NCBI GenBank assembly: GCA_963779415.1
Contig: CAVZYA010000002.1
Coordinates: forward strand, 224,001-288,000
Source of the DNA: an uncultured Acidobacteriota bacterium
GTDB taxonomy: Bacteria; Acidobacteriota; Thermoanaerobaculia; UBA5066
DNA length: 64,000 bases
Direction of reading: 5' to 3'
Every line of letters begins with the position of its first letter. Within the stretch, counting starts at the first letter, position 1. The translations under genes were made by a program, and so were the position numbers. Shown piece by piece: positions 47,023 through 56,876 of this stretch. The notes under the pieces were generated by a model. The model did no database searches. It saw only the letters and a list, made by a program, of their open reading frames with translations, and was not told the DNA's origin.

Positions 47023-48930
47023 ATGAACGAAAATAACGCTTCGGAGGCCGCGCCCGCCTCCCCCGAGATCTCCCCCACCCCGAATCCGAAGGGGGAGATG
47101 ATGTGGGAAAGCTCCCCTTCCCGCTACATCGCCAAGATCAGCCTCGTCACCGGGAAGGAGATTCCGCGTCCGATCGACCCGGAGGATCTCCTCGTCCACG
47201 CCCACCGCGACCGGAACCCGATCGAGGTGACGGCCGCTTTCCTCGCGAGCCGGCTCGTCTCCTTCAGCGGAAACGAGGAGAAGGTCCAGGCGAGCCTCCG
47301 GAAGCTGAACGCCCTCGGCGAGACGATCGCGGAGGCGCTCGGAGGCGCGCTCGGAAGCCGCCTGGTCGAGAAGCGGGCCAAGCAGCTCCTCGGCGTCGCC
47401 GAGCGGGACGTCTACTACCGGTTCCGCGAACCGAGCCACCTCACGGAGCGGGAGGTGACGGCCCACGTCGAGAAGCTCCGGCGCGACGGGCGCGCGCTCC
47501 TCCGTGCCCGCGGCCGGAGCCTGCGGCTCGAGCTGCTCCTGACCGGCGCGACGGGTTTCCTCGGCAAGGAGATCCTCGTCCAGGCCGCGTCCGACCGCCG
47601 GATCGCGAGGGTCTGGTGCGTCGTCCGCCCCGAGACGATCCGCGACCCGAAGAGCCGCGAGGTCCTGAAGGTCCTCTCGCCCCTCCAGCGGGGCGCGCTC
47701 CTCCTCAGGCGCCTCCACATCACGGGGACGCGGGCACGGAAATTCGCGTTCCTCGAGGGAGACATCGAGAAGCCGTCCCTCGGCCTTTCGCCGCGGGACC
47801 TCGCGCGCCTCCCGAAGCGGATCACGCACGTCATCCACTGCGCGGCGAGCGTCTCGTTCGACGACGCCTACGAAAACTCCTACCGCGCGAACGTCCTCGG
47901 GGCCCGCCACGCGATGGAGTTCTCGCTCGCTTTCCAGCGGGCGAAGGGGTCGAGTTTCATCCAGCACATCGCGATCGAGACGTCGTACATCCACGGGCGG
48001 AAGAAGCGGACCACCGCGCTGGAGTCGGCCCTCGTCTTCCCGCGCGCCTTCTACAACAACTTCTACGAGCTGACGAAGGCGATGGCCTCGCTCGACACGG
48101 ACCGGTTCCTGATCGTGGAAGGGCTCCGCGTCGCGCAGCTTCTTCCGGCCATCGTCATCGGGCGATCGAAGACGGGGAACAACTACGGCGACACGAAGGT
48201 CGTGAACGCGCCGATCAACGCCTTCGGACGGTCCAAGGAGGCTCTCGACGCCCTCCGGGGGGACGCCGTCGGCCGCGGCAAGGCGTGGCTCATCGGCTCG
48301 ATCGCCGGCGCCTTCCCGTCGGACCGCTCGGCCGAGCTGAACCTCGTCCCGGTCGACCGCGTCGTGGAGGGGATCCTCGCGGCGCTGACCGTTCCCGAGG
48401 CCATCGGCGAAAGGATCCACCTCGCGACCGACAACCGGATCCGAGCCGAGGACATCGTGCGGATCACGCACGAGGAGCTCGGCATCGACGTCCGCCTCGC
48501 CGACCCGACCCTCTTCCGAAACGTCACGCTTCCCCTCGTGAAGGCCGCTCTCGAAAAGAGCGGGGAGACGAAGCTCGCCAGCGCCCTCGAGAAGCTCGGG
48601 ACGATCTTCGGGGGCTACGGCGAGTGGGGCCAGCCGACGCACCAGGTTGGAAACGACGTGAGGATCCTCCGCCTTCCGATCCGGAGGCCGAACACGCGCC
48701 ATGCCTTCCGGATGCTCTGCCGGCACAACAAGTACGTGCAGGAGTTCGGGAAGGTACGGGACGCCGACGAGATCGCCCGGCGGGAGCACCTCTGGGAGAC
48801 CGTCATCGACCGGATCGAGTACGAGACCGGCCGCGAGGTCGCCTCGATCGGGCCGGACGAGTTCCGGAAACTCCTCACGCTGAAGCTCGACCTCCGGACG
48901 TTCCGCCCGAAGACGGCGTCGCCCCGCTGA
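47023..48930 (+). CDS. Extended SDR / male-sterility (fatty acyl-CoA reductase-like) oxidoreductase with an extra N-terminal domain
   Basis: LTGATGFLG, GDI, HCAASVSF, YELTK, LNLVPVD. Confidence 0.8.
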   Translation: MNENNASEAAPASPEISPTPNPKGEMMWESSPSRYIAKISLVTGKEIPRPIDPEDLLVHAHRDRNPIEVTAAFLASRLVSFSGNEEKVQASLRKLNALGETIAEALGGALGSRLVEKRAKQLLGVAERDVYYRFREPSHLTEREVTAHVEKLRRDGRALLRARGRSLRLELLLTGATGFLGKEILVQAASDRRIARVWCVVRPETIRDPKSREVLKVLSPLQRGALLLRRLHITGTRARKFAFLEGDIEKPSLGLSPRDLARLPKRITHVIHCAASVSFDDAYENSYRANVLGARHAMEFSLAFQRAKGSSFIQHIAIETSYIHGRKKRTTALESALVFPRAFYNNFYELTKAMASLDTDRFLIVEGLRVAQLLPAIVIGRSKTGNNYGDTKVVNAPINAFGRSKEALDALRGDAVGRGKAWLIGSIAGAFPSDRSAELNLVPVDRVVEGILAALTVPEAIGERIHLATDNRIRAEDIVRITHEELGIDVRLADPTLFRNVTLPLVKAALEKSGETKLASALEKLGTIFGGYGEWGQPTHQVGNDVRILRLPIRRPNTRHAFRMLCRHNKYVQEFGKVRDADEIARREHLWETVIDRIEYETGREVASIGPDEFRKLLTLKLDLRTFRPKTASPR

Positions 48931-48947
48931 CGCGGCGTCCGCGGCCC

Positions 48948-49821
48948 TCAGCGGAGCGAGAGAGGGAAGGTAGATCACGGCGGCGCAGAGGGCCGCCCAG
49001 ACGGCGATCGTGGCGAGAAGGCCCGGGTCCGTGAGGAGCGACTTCGTCGTGTCCTCTCCTTTTCCCTGCGTCTCGAGGAGCCGCCACCGGAACATCCCGA
49101 AGACGACGACCGGAACGCTCACGAGAAGGTGGTCCGTCCGGAACCACGCGACCGTCTCCGGCGAGACCGTGTAAAGGGCGTAGCAGACGATCGTCATACC
49201 GAGCGTCACGTTCTCGAGGGACTCGAAGAGCGCCGCCGGGACGCCGCGCAGCGACTCGCGTCCCGCGGCGCCGTGCTCCACGAGCTCGCCCCGTCTCTTC
49301 GAAAGGGCGAGGAAGAGGGCAAGAAAGAACGTGCAGAGGAGAAGCCAGCGGGACGCCGTCACCCCCGCCGCGGCCGAGCCCGCGAGGACGCGGAGGACGA
49401 AGCCGGCGGCGATGACGAAGACGTCGAAGAGGGCGACGCTCTTGAGGCCGAACGAGTAGAGGAAAATCAGCAGGGCGTAGAGGGCCGCCCAGACGACCGC
49501 GTCCGGCGCGGCGGCGGCGAGAAGCGCGAAGGAGAGGACGCCGAGAACCGCCGACGCCGCGAGCGCGGTCGACATCGAGAGAGCGCCGGAGGCGATGGGG
49601 CGGCTCCGCTTGACGGGATGGGCACGATCCGCCTCGCGGTCGCGAACGTCGTTCAGAAGGTAGAGCGCGGAGGCGATCCCGCAGAAGGACGCCGCCGCGG
49701 CGAACGTCCGGAGCGCCGGACCAGTCTCCGTCACGGCCTTTCCGAAGAGGAGCGGCGCGAGGACGAAGAGGTTCTTGGTCCACTGCACGGGGCGGAGGGA
49801 GTGAAGGAGAGCCTTCACCAC
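48948..49821 (-). CDS. UbiA-family decaprenyl-phosphate phosphoribosyltransferase-like protein; stop inferred via a terminal frameshift
   Basis: RP.QW.KNL.V, Y..ND..D...DR.HP.K..RPIASG, YS..LK, GFVLR, KRR.EL. Confidence 0.85.
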
Positions 49822-49926
49822 CCCGCGCTCGCCCGCGGCGGCGTTCGATGGTCCGGCGCGGTTCGACGGCGTCTCGATGGGAGGGAGGCTAGCGGACGGC
49901 GCCCGGTCCCCGCAACCCTGGGGAAC

Positions 49927-52800
49927 TCACCAGACTGCCACGACCGACGTGTTGGGCCGGAGAAGAGCCGGGTCCCAGTAAGCAGCGGCGGGTCGTGGCG
50001 GACCCGGTGCCGCCTCCGGCGGCGGCGTCAGAACCGACGGCGGAACGATCTCCTCCGTTCCTTTCGGTGGCGTCCACGTCCATTCGAGAATCCCGGGGCT
50101 CTGAATGTTCCGGACGACGATGCGCACGGCGTAACGCCGGGCCGACAGCGTGAGATCCGCCGAGACGGGATCCTCCGAAGGGCTCCGGGTCGTCGAGCGC
50201 ATCCACCCCGTCGAGCTGGATCGTCGCCTCGCCCTGCACGCGGAGCGCCATCCGGTAGACACCGGCGACCGGCGGCGTCAAGAAGCCGGTCCACGTGGCC
50301 TCGAACTTCTCGCCGGAGTGGACCTCGTTGCTGAGCCCTCCCGACGCGAGAGTCCGGTCGAGCCAGCGGAGGGGCGGCCGTCCCGGCACCTCCACGACGC
50401 CGAGCAGCCCGCCGGGAGAAGACTCCTCCGCGAACTGGAGCGACTCCGGAATGGCTTCCCATGCCGACGGCGGGATGGTTCCGTCGGCCGGTTCCGCGGC
50501 CCATTCCACTTTGACGCCTTCCGGGGCGTGCCCCTCCACGACCACGGCGTGGTCGCCTCGGGGAATCGACAGGACGACTTCCGCCGACCTCTCCCCGGCG
50601 GGAGACGTCAGGACGTCGAGCCCGTCGATGCGGAGCCGGGCCGGCCCCGGCCCGACCCGGAGGCCCCAATTCGCGAACCGGGGGAAGCGGACGACGGCCG
50701 ACCAGCGGATCGTGCCGTTCGCCTCCGGGGGGACCGATCCGAGGGCGCTCACGTGAATCGGGGGAGACGACCCGATCCGCGCCACGGCCCCCCGCCCGGC
50801 GGCCCAGCGGTCGCGCGGAATCCGGTACGCCGTGAAGAGAAGACCGCTCTCCCCTCTCACGATCGGCTCTTCCCTTCCATCCGGATAGAGCTGGCGCAGG
50901 AGCGGCAGGTAAAACTCCTGTGCCGGGTAGACGAAGAACGTGAGGTTCCGGTTCGGAGGGAGCGTGAGCGGAAGGGAGATCCCCGGGGAGACGACTCCGG
51001 CTCTCGGTGTCTCCGGAGCCAGCAGGCGGACCCAACCGGGGTTCACGTAGTGCCACCACTTCCCGAGAGCCACCACCCACGTCCCGGCCCCCTCCGCGGC
51101 AACGGCGAGTCCGGTCTGGGTCGGATAGGAGTAGGCCGTGCCCATCCGGGCGTTGTCGACGAAGTAGTACCGGGCTTCTCCCGCCATCGAGAAGGCGACG
51201 GCGGCTCCGGCGACGACCGTGGCGGCGGCCGCGGCGCGGCGCCGGAATCTCGACCCCGGCACCGCGGCGTCCCGAACCCGGCGAATGACGTCGGAGAGAA
51301 CGACGGCCGGAAAGAGAGCGACCGTGAGAATGGCCGGCGCCATTCGCTGGAGTGCCGGCGTCTCGACCGTCACGATCACCCCCGAGAACCCGACCCAGAA
51401 CCAGATCGTCAGGAAGACGAACCGCGGATCCCGGATCCTGAGGGCGGACGTTCCGAGCCCCAGGAAGAAGAGCGCCGCGAGGAGAGGCGGCAGGACCGGC
51501 CGGTCGCACGGCCAGAAGTAGTTCCCGTCGTGATAGCGGTTGAAGAGGCCGACCGAGCGTTCCACCTGTTCCCTGAAGAATTCGGACACCGGCTTCTTCG
51601 GGTCGTAGTACCCGAGCCGGAGTCGGTTCGCGGGGACGAAGATCGTCGTCTCCCGCGCGCGGACCGTGAAGACGCCCGGCGTCCTCCACGCGCCCCAGAG
51701 AAACGGCGACATCGTCAGGAGCGCCGCGAGGGCTGCCGCCGAGATCCCCGGCAGCAGTCTCACGCGCTTCAGGCCGAGCCCGTGGACGAGGAGGTAGATC
51801 GAGACCAGGGCCGCCAGCAGTGGCCACATGCGCGCCGGCGGATAGAAATAGATCGAGAAGCCGCCGAAGAATCCGGCGAGGACCCACGCGAGGATCCTTC
51901 CGCCCCGGATCCCTTCCAGGAAGAAGAGCGCGGCCAGCGCCCAGAGAACGGCCGTCGGGCCGGCTTCCGTCGTCTCCCGTGAGAATTGCAGGACCGCGCC
52001 GAGCGTGCTCGTCAGGCCGGCCGCGAAGAGTCCCGCGCGCCACCCGAAATTCCGGGTCGCGAGAAGGGCCACGACGAGGACGCCGAGGACGCCGGCGGCG
52101 GCGCCGAGCACTCTCACCCCGACGTAGTCGGTCCCGACCAGCGCCATGACCCCGGCCAGGATCCGGAAATAGATGTTGCTGATGTGGTACCAGCCCGAGT
52201 CGAAAGCCGGGTGGTCGCCGATGTGCCGGAGGATCTGGAGAGAGACCGCCGCCCGGTCCCCTTCGTCGGCGTTGATTCCGAGGGGAATCCGGTCGAGGGC
52301 GTAGAAGCGGGTCGCCACCGAGAAAACGATGAGGACGAAGAGGGAAAGGGCGAAGAGGCGGCGGCCTCTCCGGCTCTCCGGAAGCGGCGCATCGGTCCAC
52401 CGGGGAGACCAGGTTCCCGTGCGTCCGGCGGCGATCCCGGCGCAGACGAATCGCGACGAGACTCGCCAGCCAGAGGGGGACGGCGTAGCGGTCGAGACCG
52501 ATTCCCGTCATACCGGCGCAGCGCCAGCAGGTTCAGGCCGAGGCCCACGAGGGCAATGACGACGGCCACGATGGCGGGCCGGAGCGGTCTCGCCGGCGAG
52601 GGGGACGTCTCCTCCCTCGGGCGCGCCAGAGAGTCGAACGAGAAGAGGAGGATGGCGAGGAGGTAGAGCGCGAGCCCGAGCCCCGAAGAGTTTCCGGCCC
52701 GGATGGCCCACTCCCCGGCGCCGGCAAGGAGAAGAGCTGCCAGCCCCCGTACGAGCGGTCCGTGCTGCGAGGCGCTCGCAGGACGGAGAGGATCCGTCAT
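49927..52800 (-). CDS. GT-C membrane glycosyltransferase (GT83/GT39-like) with C-terminal PA14-like domains; several frameshifts
   Basis: RFYALDRIPLGINADEG loop, many TM helices, F.ATW.G.L..P..G.Y and L.WT.P PA14-like motifs. Confidence 0.75.
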
Positions 52801-52816
52801 CACCGTTTCGCGGATA

Positions 52817-53470
52817 TCACTCCCAGCGGACACCGATGGCGAACGGCCCGGAGCTGTCGCCCTGGAACGAGCCGATGTAGAGCTGGTAGGTTCCGTCCGG
52901 AACGTTGAAGGTGGTCGTCAACACCGGAGCCGTCCCCTGCGTCTTCCGGACGAGGACCGCCTGTTCCTTGCTGAAGACCTTGTAGGAGTGGAGCCACCAG
53001 TGGCCGGGAGTGCCGTCCGACTTCGAGTAGGTGTCTCCCTTCGTGCCCGGATCCTCCGCCTCCACCTTCACCGACTTTCCGTCAGTTCCCTCGAGCCGCG
53101 CGTAGTCATAGATGGAGTCGTAGCCCGGTACCGCTCCAACCTGGACGGTCAGCTTTCCTCCCTTGACGGTCACGGGTCCGACGGGAATCTCCCACGCCTT
53201 TCCGGAGCCGTCCCCGGTGAAGGTCTTCGTCGGAACGAAGGGGGAGCCGTCGGCGTTGGTGACGACGAGGGGGCTCCTCGAGATCGCCTTCGTCGGGGCC
53301 GTCTCTTTCGACGGGGACGAAGCGGTCTCCTTCTTCCCGGAGCAGGCCGTTACGGAAAAGGCGAGGAGAAGAAGCCCGAGACCGAGCCTTGAGATGCGAG
53401 CCGGGCCGGCGAGCCGCTCACCGGACGACCGCGGTACCGAAGCGGACCCGGGGCCTGTCGAGGGAGACAT
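52817..53470 (-). CDS. Hypothetical lipoprotein
   Basis: AAGGAGG RBS, lipobox-like VTAC, Ser/Thr/Pro/Lys linker, beta-sandwich-like body. Confidence 0.75.
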   Translation of the reverse strand: MSPSTGPGSASVPRSSGERLAGPARISRLGLGLLLLAFSVTACSGKKETASSPSKETAPTKAISRSPLVVTNADGSPFVPTKTFTGDGSGKAWEIPVGPVTVKGGKLTVQVGAVPGYDSIYDYARLEGTDGKSVKVEAEDPGTKGDTYSKSDGTPGHWWLHSYKVFSKEQAVLVRKTQGTAPVLTTTFNVPDGTYQLYIGSFQGDSSGPFAIGVRWE

Positions 53471-53501
53471 CGAGAACCTCCTTGCCGCGTGCAACGAATC
53501 C

Positions 53502-53531
53502 ATCGTAACGGCTGTAAAAGTTGAGTGTCAA
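53502..53531 (-). promoter_or_regulatory. Sigma70 promoter of the lipoprotein gene
   Basis: TTGACA-N18-TACGAT in an AT-rich spacer. Confidence 0.65.
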
Positions 53532-53546
53532 GAAGATGCTCCTCAT

Positions 53547-55611
53547 CTACGGAGGTGCCGCACCCGTGCACCACGTCGTGAAGAGAGGCTCGCCCCGGCG
53601 CCCACTCGTCAGTTCCTCGGAGGCGCCCGGGAGCCACGACGGGGATCTGGTCGGCGATCCGGAGGCCGCCGCAGCGGCCGGGCTCGGCGACGAGCTCCTG
53701 GGGAACGAGCAGGCAGCGCCGTTTGCCGTCCGTCGGGAATGAAGGCGCCGTCCCGGGAGCCGTGCAGGACCAGAAGCTCCAGAAGCCCGTGGGCTCGAGG
53801 CCTGCCGCCCGAAGTCTCCTGAGATCCTCGTACGCGGTGAGCCTTATGAAGGCTTCGTACTCCTCCGAAGACTGCCGCGGAAAGAGCGCGATGACGGAGT
53901 GTGCCTCTCCGAGAGAGTGCCGGACCCGCATCGCGACGGCCTTCTGAAGGCGGCTGTTCTCCTCCGACTCGGAAGCGACCTTCTCGAAGTAGAGATGCGT
54001 CGCGAGAACGAAGAGGAGGACCGCCGCACCGGCGCCGGCGGCCTTGAGAGCCGGGGCGGGAAGTCCGCCCCGGACCAGCCCGTCGACGATCCGGGTCAGG
54101 ACGACCGACGCGAGGAAGAGGACGATGACGGCGAAGAGAAAGATCCTCCGGAAGCCGACGTCCGGCGCGAAGAGGCCGGGAAGAAGAGTCAGCGGGAGGG
54201 AGACGAGGACGATCCGCGAAGCCTCGCGATAGGCACCGCGGCGAAAGGAGACGAGCGAGAGGAGCAGGCCCGGAACGAGAAGGACGGACTCGATCAGGCC
54301 GAGGGAGCCCCCCGGCCTCGCGAACCAGGGGTCCGTTCCCTGAACGAAGAGTTCTCGGGCGATCCCGCCCAGAAAAGCGATCCGCTTGCCGGTGTCCCAG
54401 AGGAAGGGACCCTCGGAAAGGTACCCCGTCCGGAGGTTCGGAAGAAAGGTCCCGTGGCGAGCGAATGCCGCGAGCGGTGCCCAGCTCGCGAGGGCGAAGA
54501 CGGCGGCGCCGGCGCCCCACTTCCAGGCCTCCCGGCGAAATTTCTCCGGCTCGAGAAACGCCGATACGGCGACGAGAGAAAAGACGATGAGAGGGGTCAC
54601 CTGGTTCGACGCATAGACGAGCCATCCGGTCGCCAGGAACGCACCCCCGCCGATCATCCACGGGAGCGAGCCGGTCGTCCGGGCTTCGAGATAGAGAGCG
54701 AGAACGAGAAGGAGCTGCAGCGGAGAGAGGACGTGCTCGGCATCGCCGTAGCGCGAGATCGAGACGTGCCACGGCGAAAGGGCCAGAAGCGAGGCGAAGA
54801 TCAGCGCGAGCCGCCGGCCCTCCTGCGAGGGCGCCCACCCGCCAGGCCACGAAAATCGTCAGCGTCCCGAGGAGCGCGCAGGTGAGGCGGCTCGGCGTCA
54901 GCCCGACGCCGAAGAGGTGAAAGCCGAACGCCGAGACGAGACCGTCGAAGCCGAACTGTTCGTTCAGGACCGTATCCGAGGCGGCTCGCAGCCACCCCGC
55001 CACGTCTCTCCCCGCCCAGGCCGCTCCCAACTTCTCGTAGAGCGGCAGGGTGACGGAGACGTGGTGGACGACGGCATGCTGGGAGTAGCCGCCGGGGATC
55101 TCGGCGAGCGCGGAAAAGCGAAGGAGGAGACCGGCACCGACGGGAAGAGCGACCCAGGGGAGCGACGGCTCTCCGCCGAACCGCTCCGAAGGGAGTTCCC
55201 ACGCGAGAGCGGACCCTGCGGCCAGCGCGGCCAGAGAGGCCCAGCCCGGGTGCGCTTCCTGCTAGGAGAAGTCCCGCGAGCGCGAGGAGCGAAATGCGCG
55301 GCTCCCAGGACGGCGGAGGAGTGCCGCGACCGGCGTCGCAAAGCCATGGCGGACGAGGCGGCGGCCACCACGAGCGCGACCACGCCCAGACCGAACCGGT
55401 GGTCGCCGGCTACCCCGGCGAGGAGCCGGCCGGCAGCCATCGCGCCGTTCAAGAGGCCCGAGAGCGGGGCCAGCGTCTGCTCGCCGCGGCGGTCCTCCCG
55501 CACAAGCGCGCCCGCCAGGGCGAGGCCAGCCGCAGCGACGCCCGCCGCCCCGAGGGCTCGTCGGGCCCAGCGCCGGAACCGGGAGTCGGTGGCCGCCCGC
55601 GCGTCCGTCAT
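53547..55611 (-). CDS. Second GT-C-like polytopic membrane glycosyltransferase; several frameshifts, ends approximate
   Basis: LRFSALAEIPGG, R...AL.G.LT, SPWH...SRY, many TM segments spread across frames. Confidence 0.6.
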
Positions 55612-56788
55612 CGGGACGGGATCAGCTTCTCCGCATCGAGCCACTCCACCGTCCGCCGTGCGAGGACCTCGTAGCCGTGCGCCGTGTAGTGGCAGTGGTC
55701 GAACAGAAGCCTCTCGTGATGGGCGACGGCATCATCGGCCCGAAGGGCCGGCAGCGGGTCGAAGAACGGGAATCGAGAGGCGAGCGCACATCGCGCGGGC
55801 GCTCTCCTGCGGACGGACGTCGCCCACCGTCCCGTAGAATCTGTATGTGAACCGGGAAGAGGCTGACGGCGAGCTTCGCCCCCTGACCTCGAACCGCGCC
55901 CTGAAGCGACTCGAGGATCTTCCCGATCTCGACCCACGCCTTCGGGTACCAGCCGAGGCCGAAGTCGTCCCAGGCGTTGTAGATCTCGTAGTCGAACCCG
56001 TCCCGCGTGTGAAGCATGTCGCCGGAGCGGAGCTTCCGTCCGGCGGCGAAATCCTCGCGCCACGCGGGGTCGATCGCGCCCGGCAGGGAGTTCCGGAACC
56101 ATCCCTTCTCGAGGAGATGCAGCCGCGCCGTCACCCAGACCAGGAAGCGGCTCCGGTTCCACGGTGGGCCGAGAGACTTCATGTAGAAATCGCTCGCGTT
56201 CTGGGCATCGTTCAGATACATGCCGACGAGGACGAGATCGGGCGAGACGAGATCCTTGATCTCCTGAAAAAGCCAGAACTCGTCCAGCGTCCCGGCGCCC
56301 GGAAGCCCGGCATTGATGAAGCGGATCTTCTTCGTCCGGCCCCGGGTCAGGGCCTCCATCTGCCGCGTCCAGGTCTCCTCCTCCGGAAGGAAGTCGTCGA
56401 AGGTGATCGAGTCGCCGAGGACGAGGACGCGGAACTCGTCGGGTGCCTTCGGCCCGAGCTCGTCGTACCGGAGGCCGATCGAGTTGACCCGGATGGTGAC
56501 GTCGAGGTGGCTCAGGGCGTGGTCATGAATCGTCGAAACCGTGTTGGGGCGAAGGCGGACTCCCCGTTTCCCGCCCCAGAGGATGACGGAGTTGATCGAC
56601 TTTTCCTCCGTCGTCTTCAGCGGCGCGAACTTCGACCAATCCGGCGCCTGGACCGTCTCGATCTTCACGACCTGGGGGGCCGGAAGAAGAATCCGGGCCG
56701 CGATCTCGCAGAGAACGAGGCCGGCGAGGAGCGAGCCGGCGGCGAGGGCGGCGTTGACAGCCCAACCGGTCCGGAATCTCGGCGACAT
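55608..56788 (-). CDS. SGNH/GDSL hydrolase or O-acetyltransferase-like protein; frameshifts near 55770-55830
   Basis: NS.GLR, LGDSIT, INAG.PG, YLND, DHCH (DxxH) in a shifted frame. Confidence 0.82.
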
Positions 56789-56876
56789 CCCCGCATTCTA
56801 AGAGACGCCGATCTCCGTCCCTGTACGCGGGAGGCGGCGGCCGGGACGGCAGGGCGCGATGTATCGTTGCGAACCG

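Noticed and set aside
46891-49821. 976-aa UbiA fusion overlapping the SDR in antisense
   Set aside because: UbiA homology ends near 48960, a TGA lies in an adjacent frame at 48948-48950, and the remainder is the antisense shadow of the SDR.
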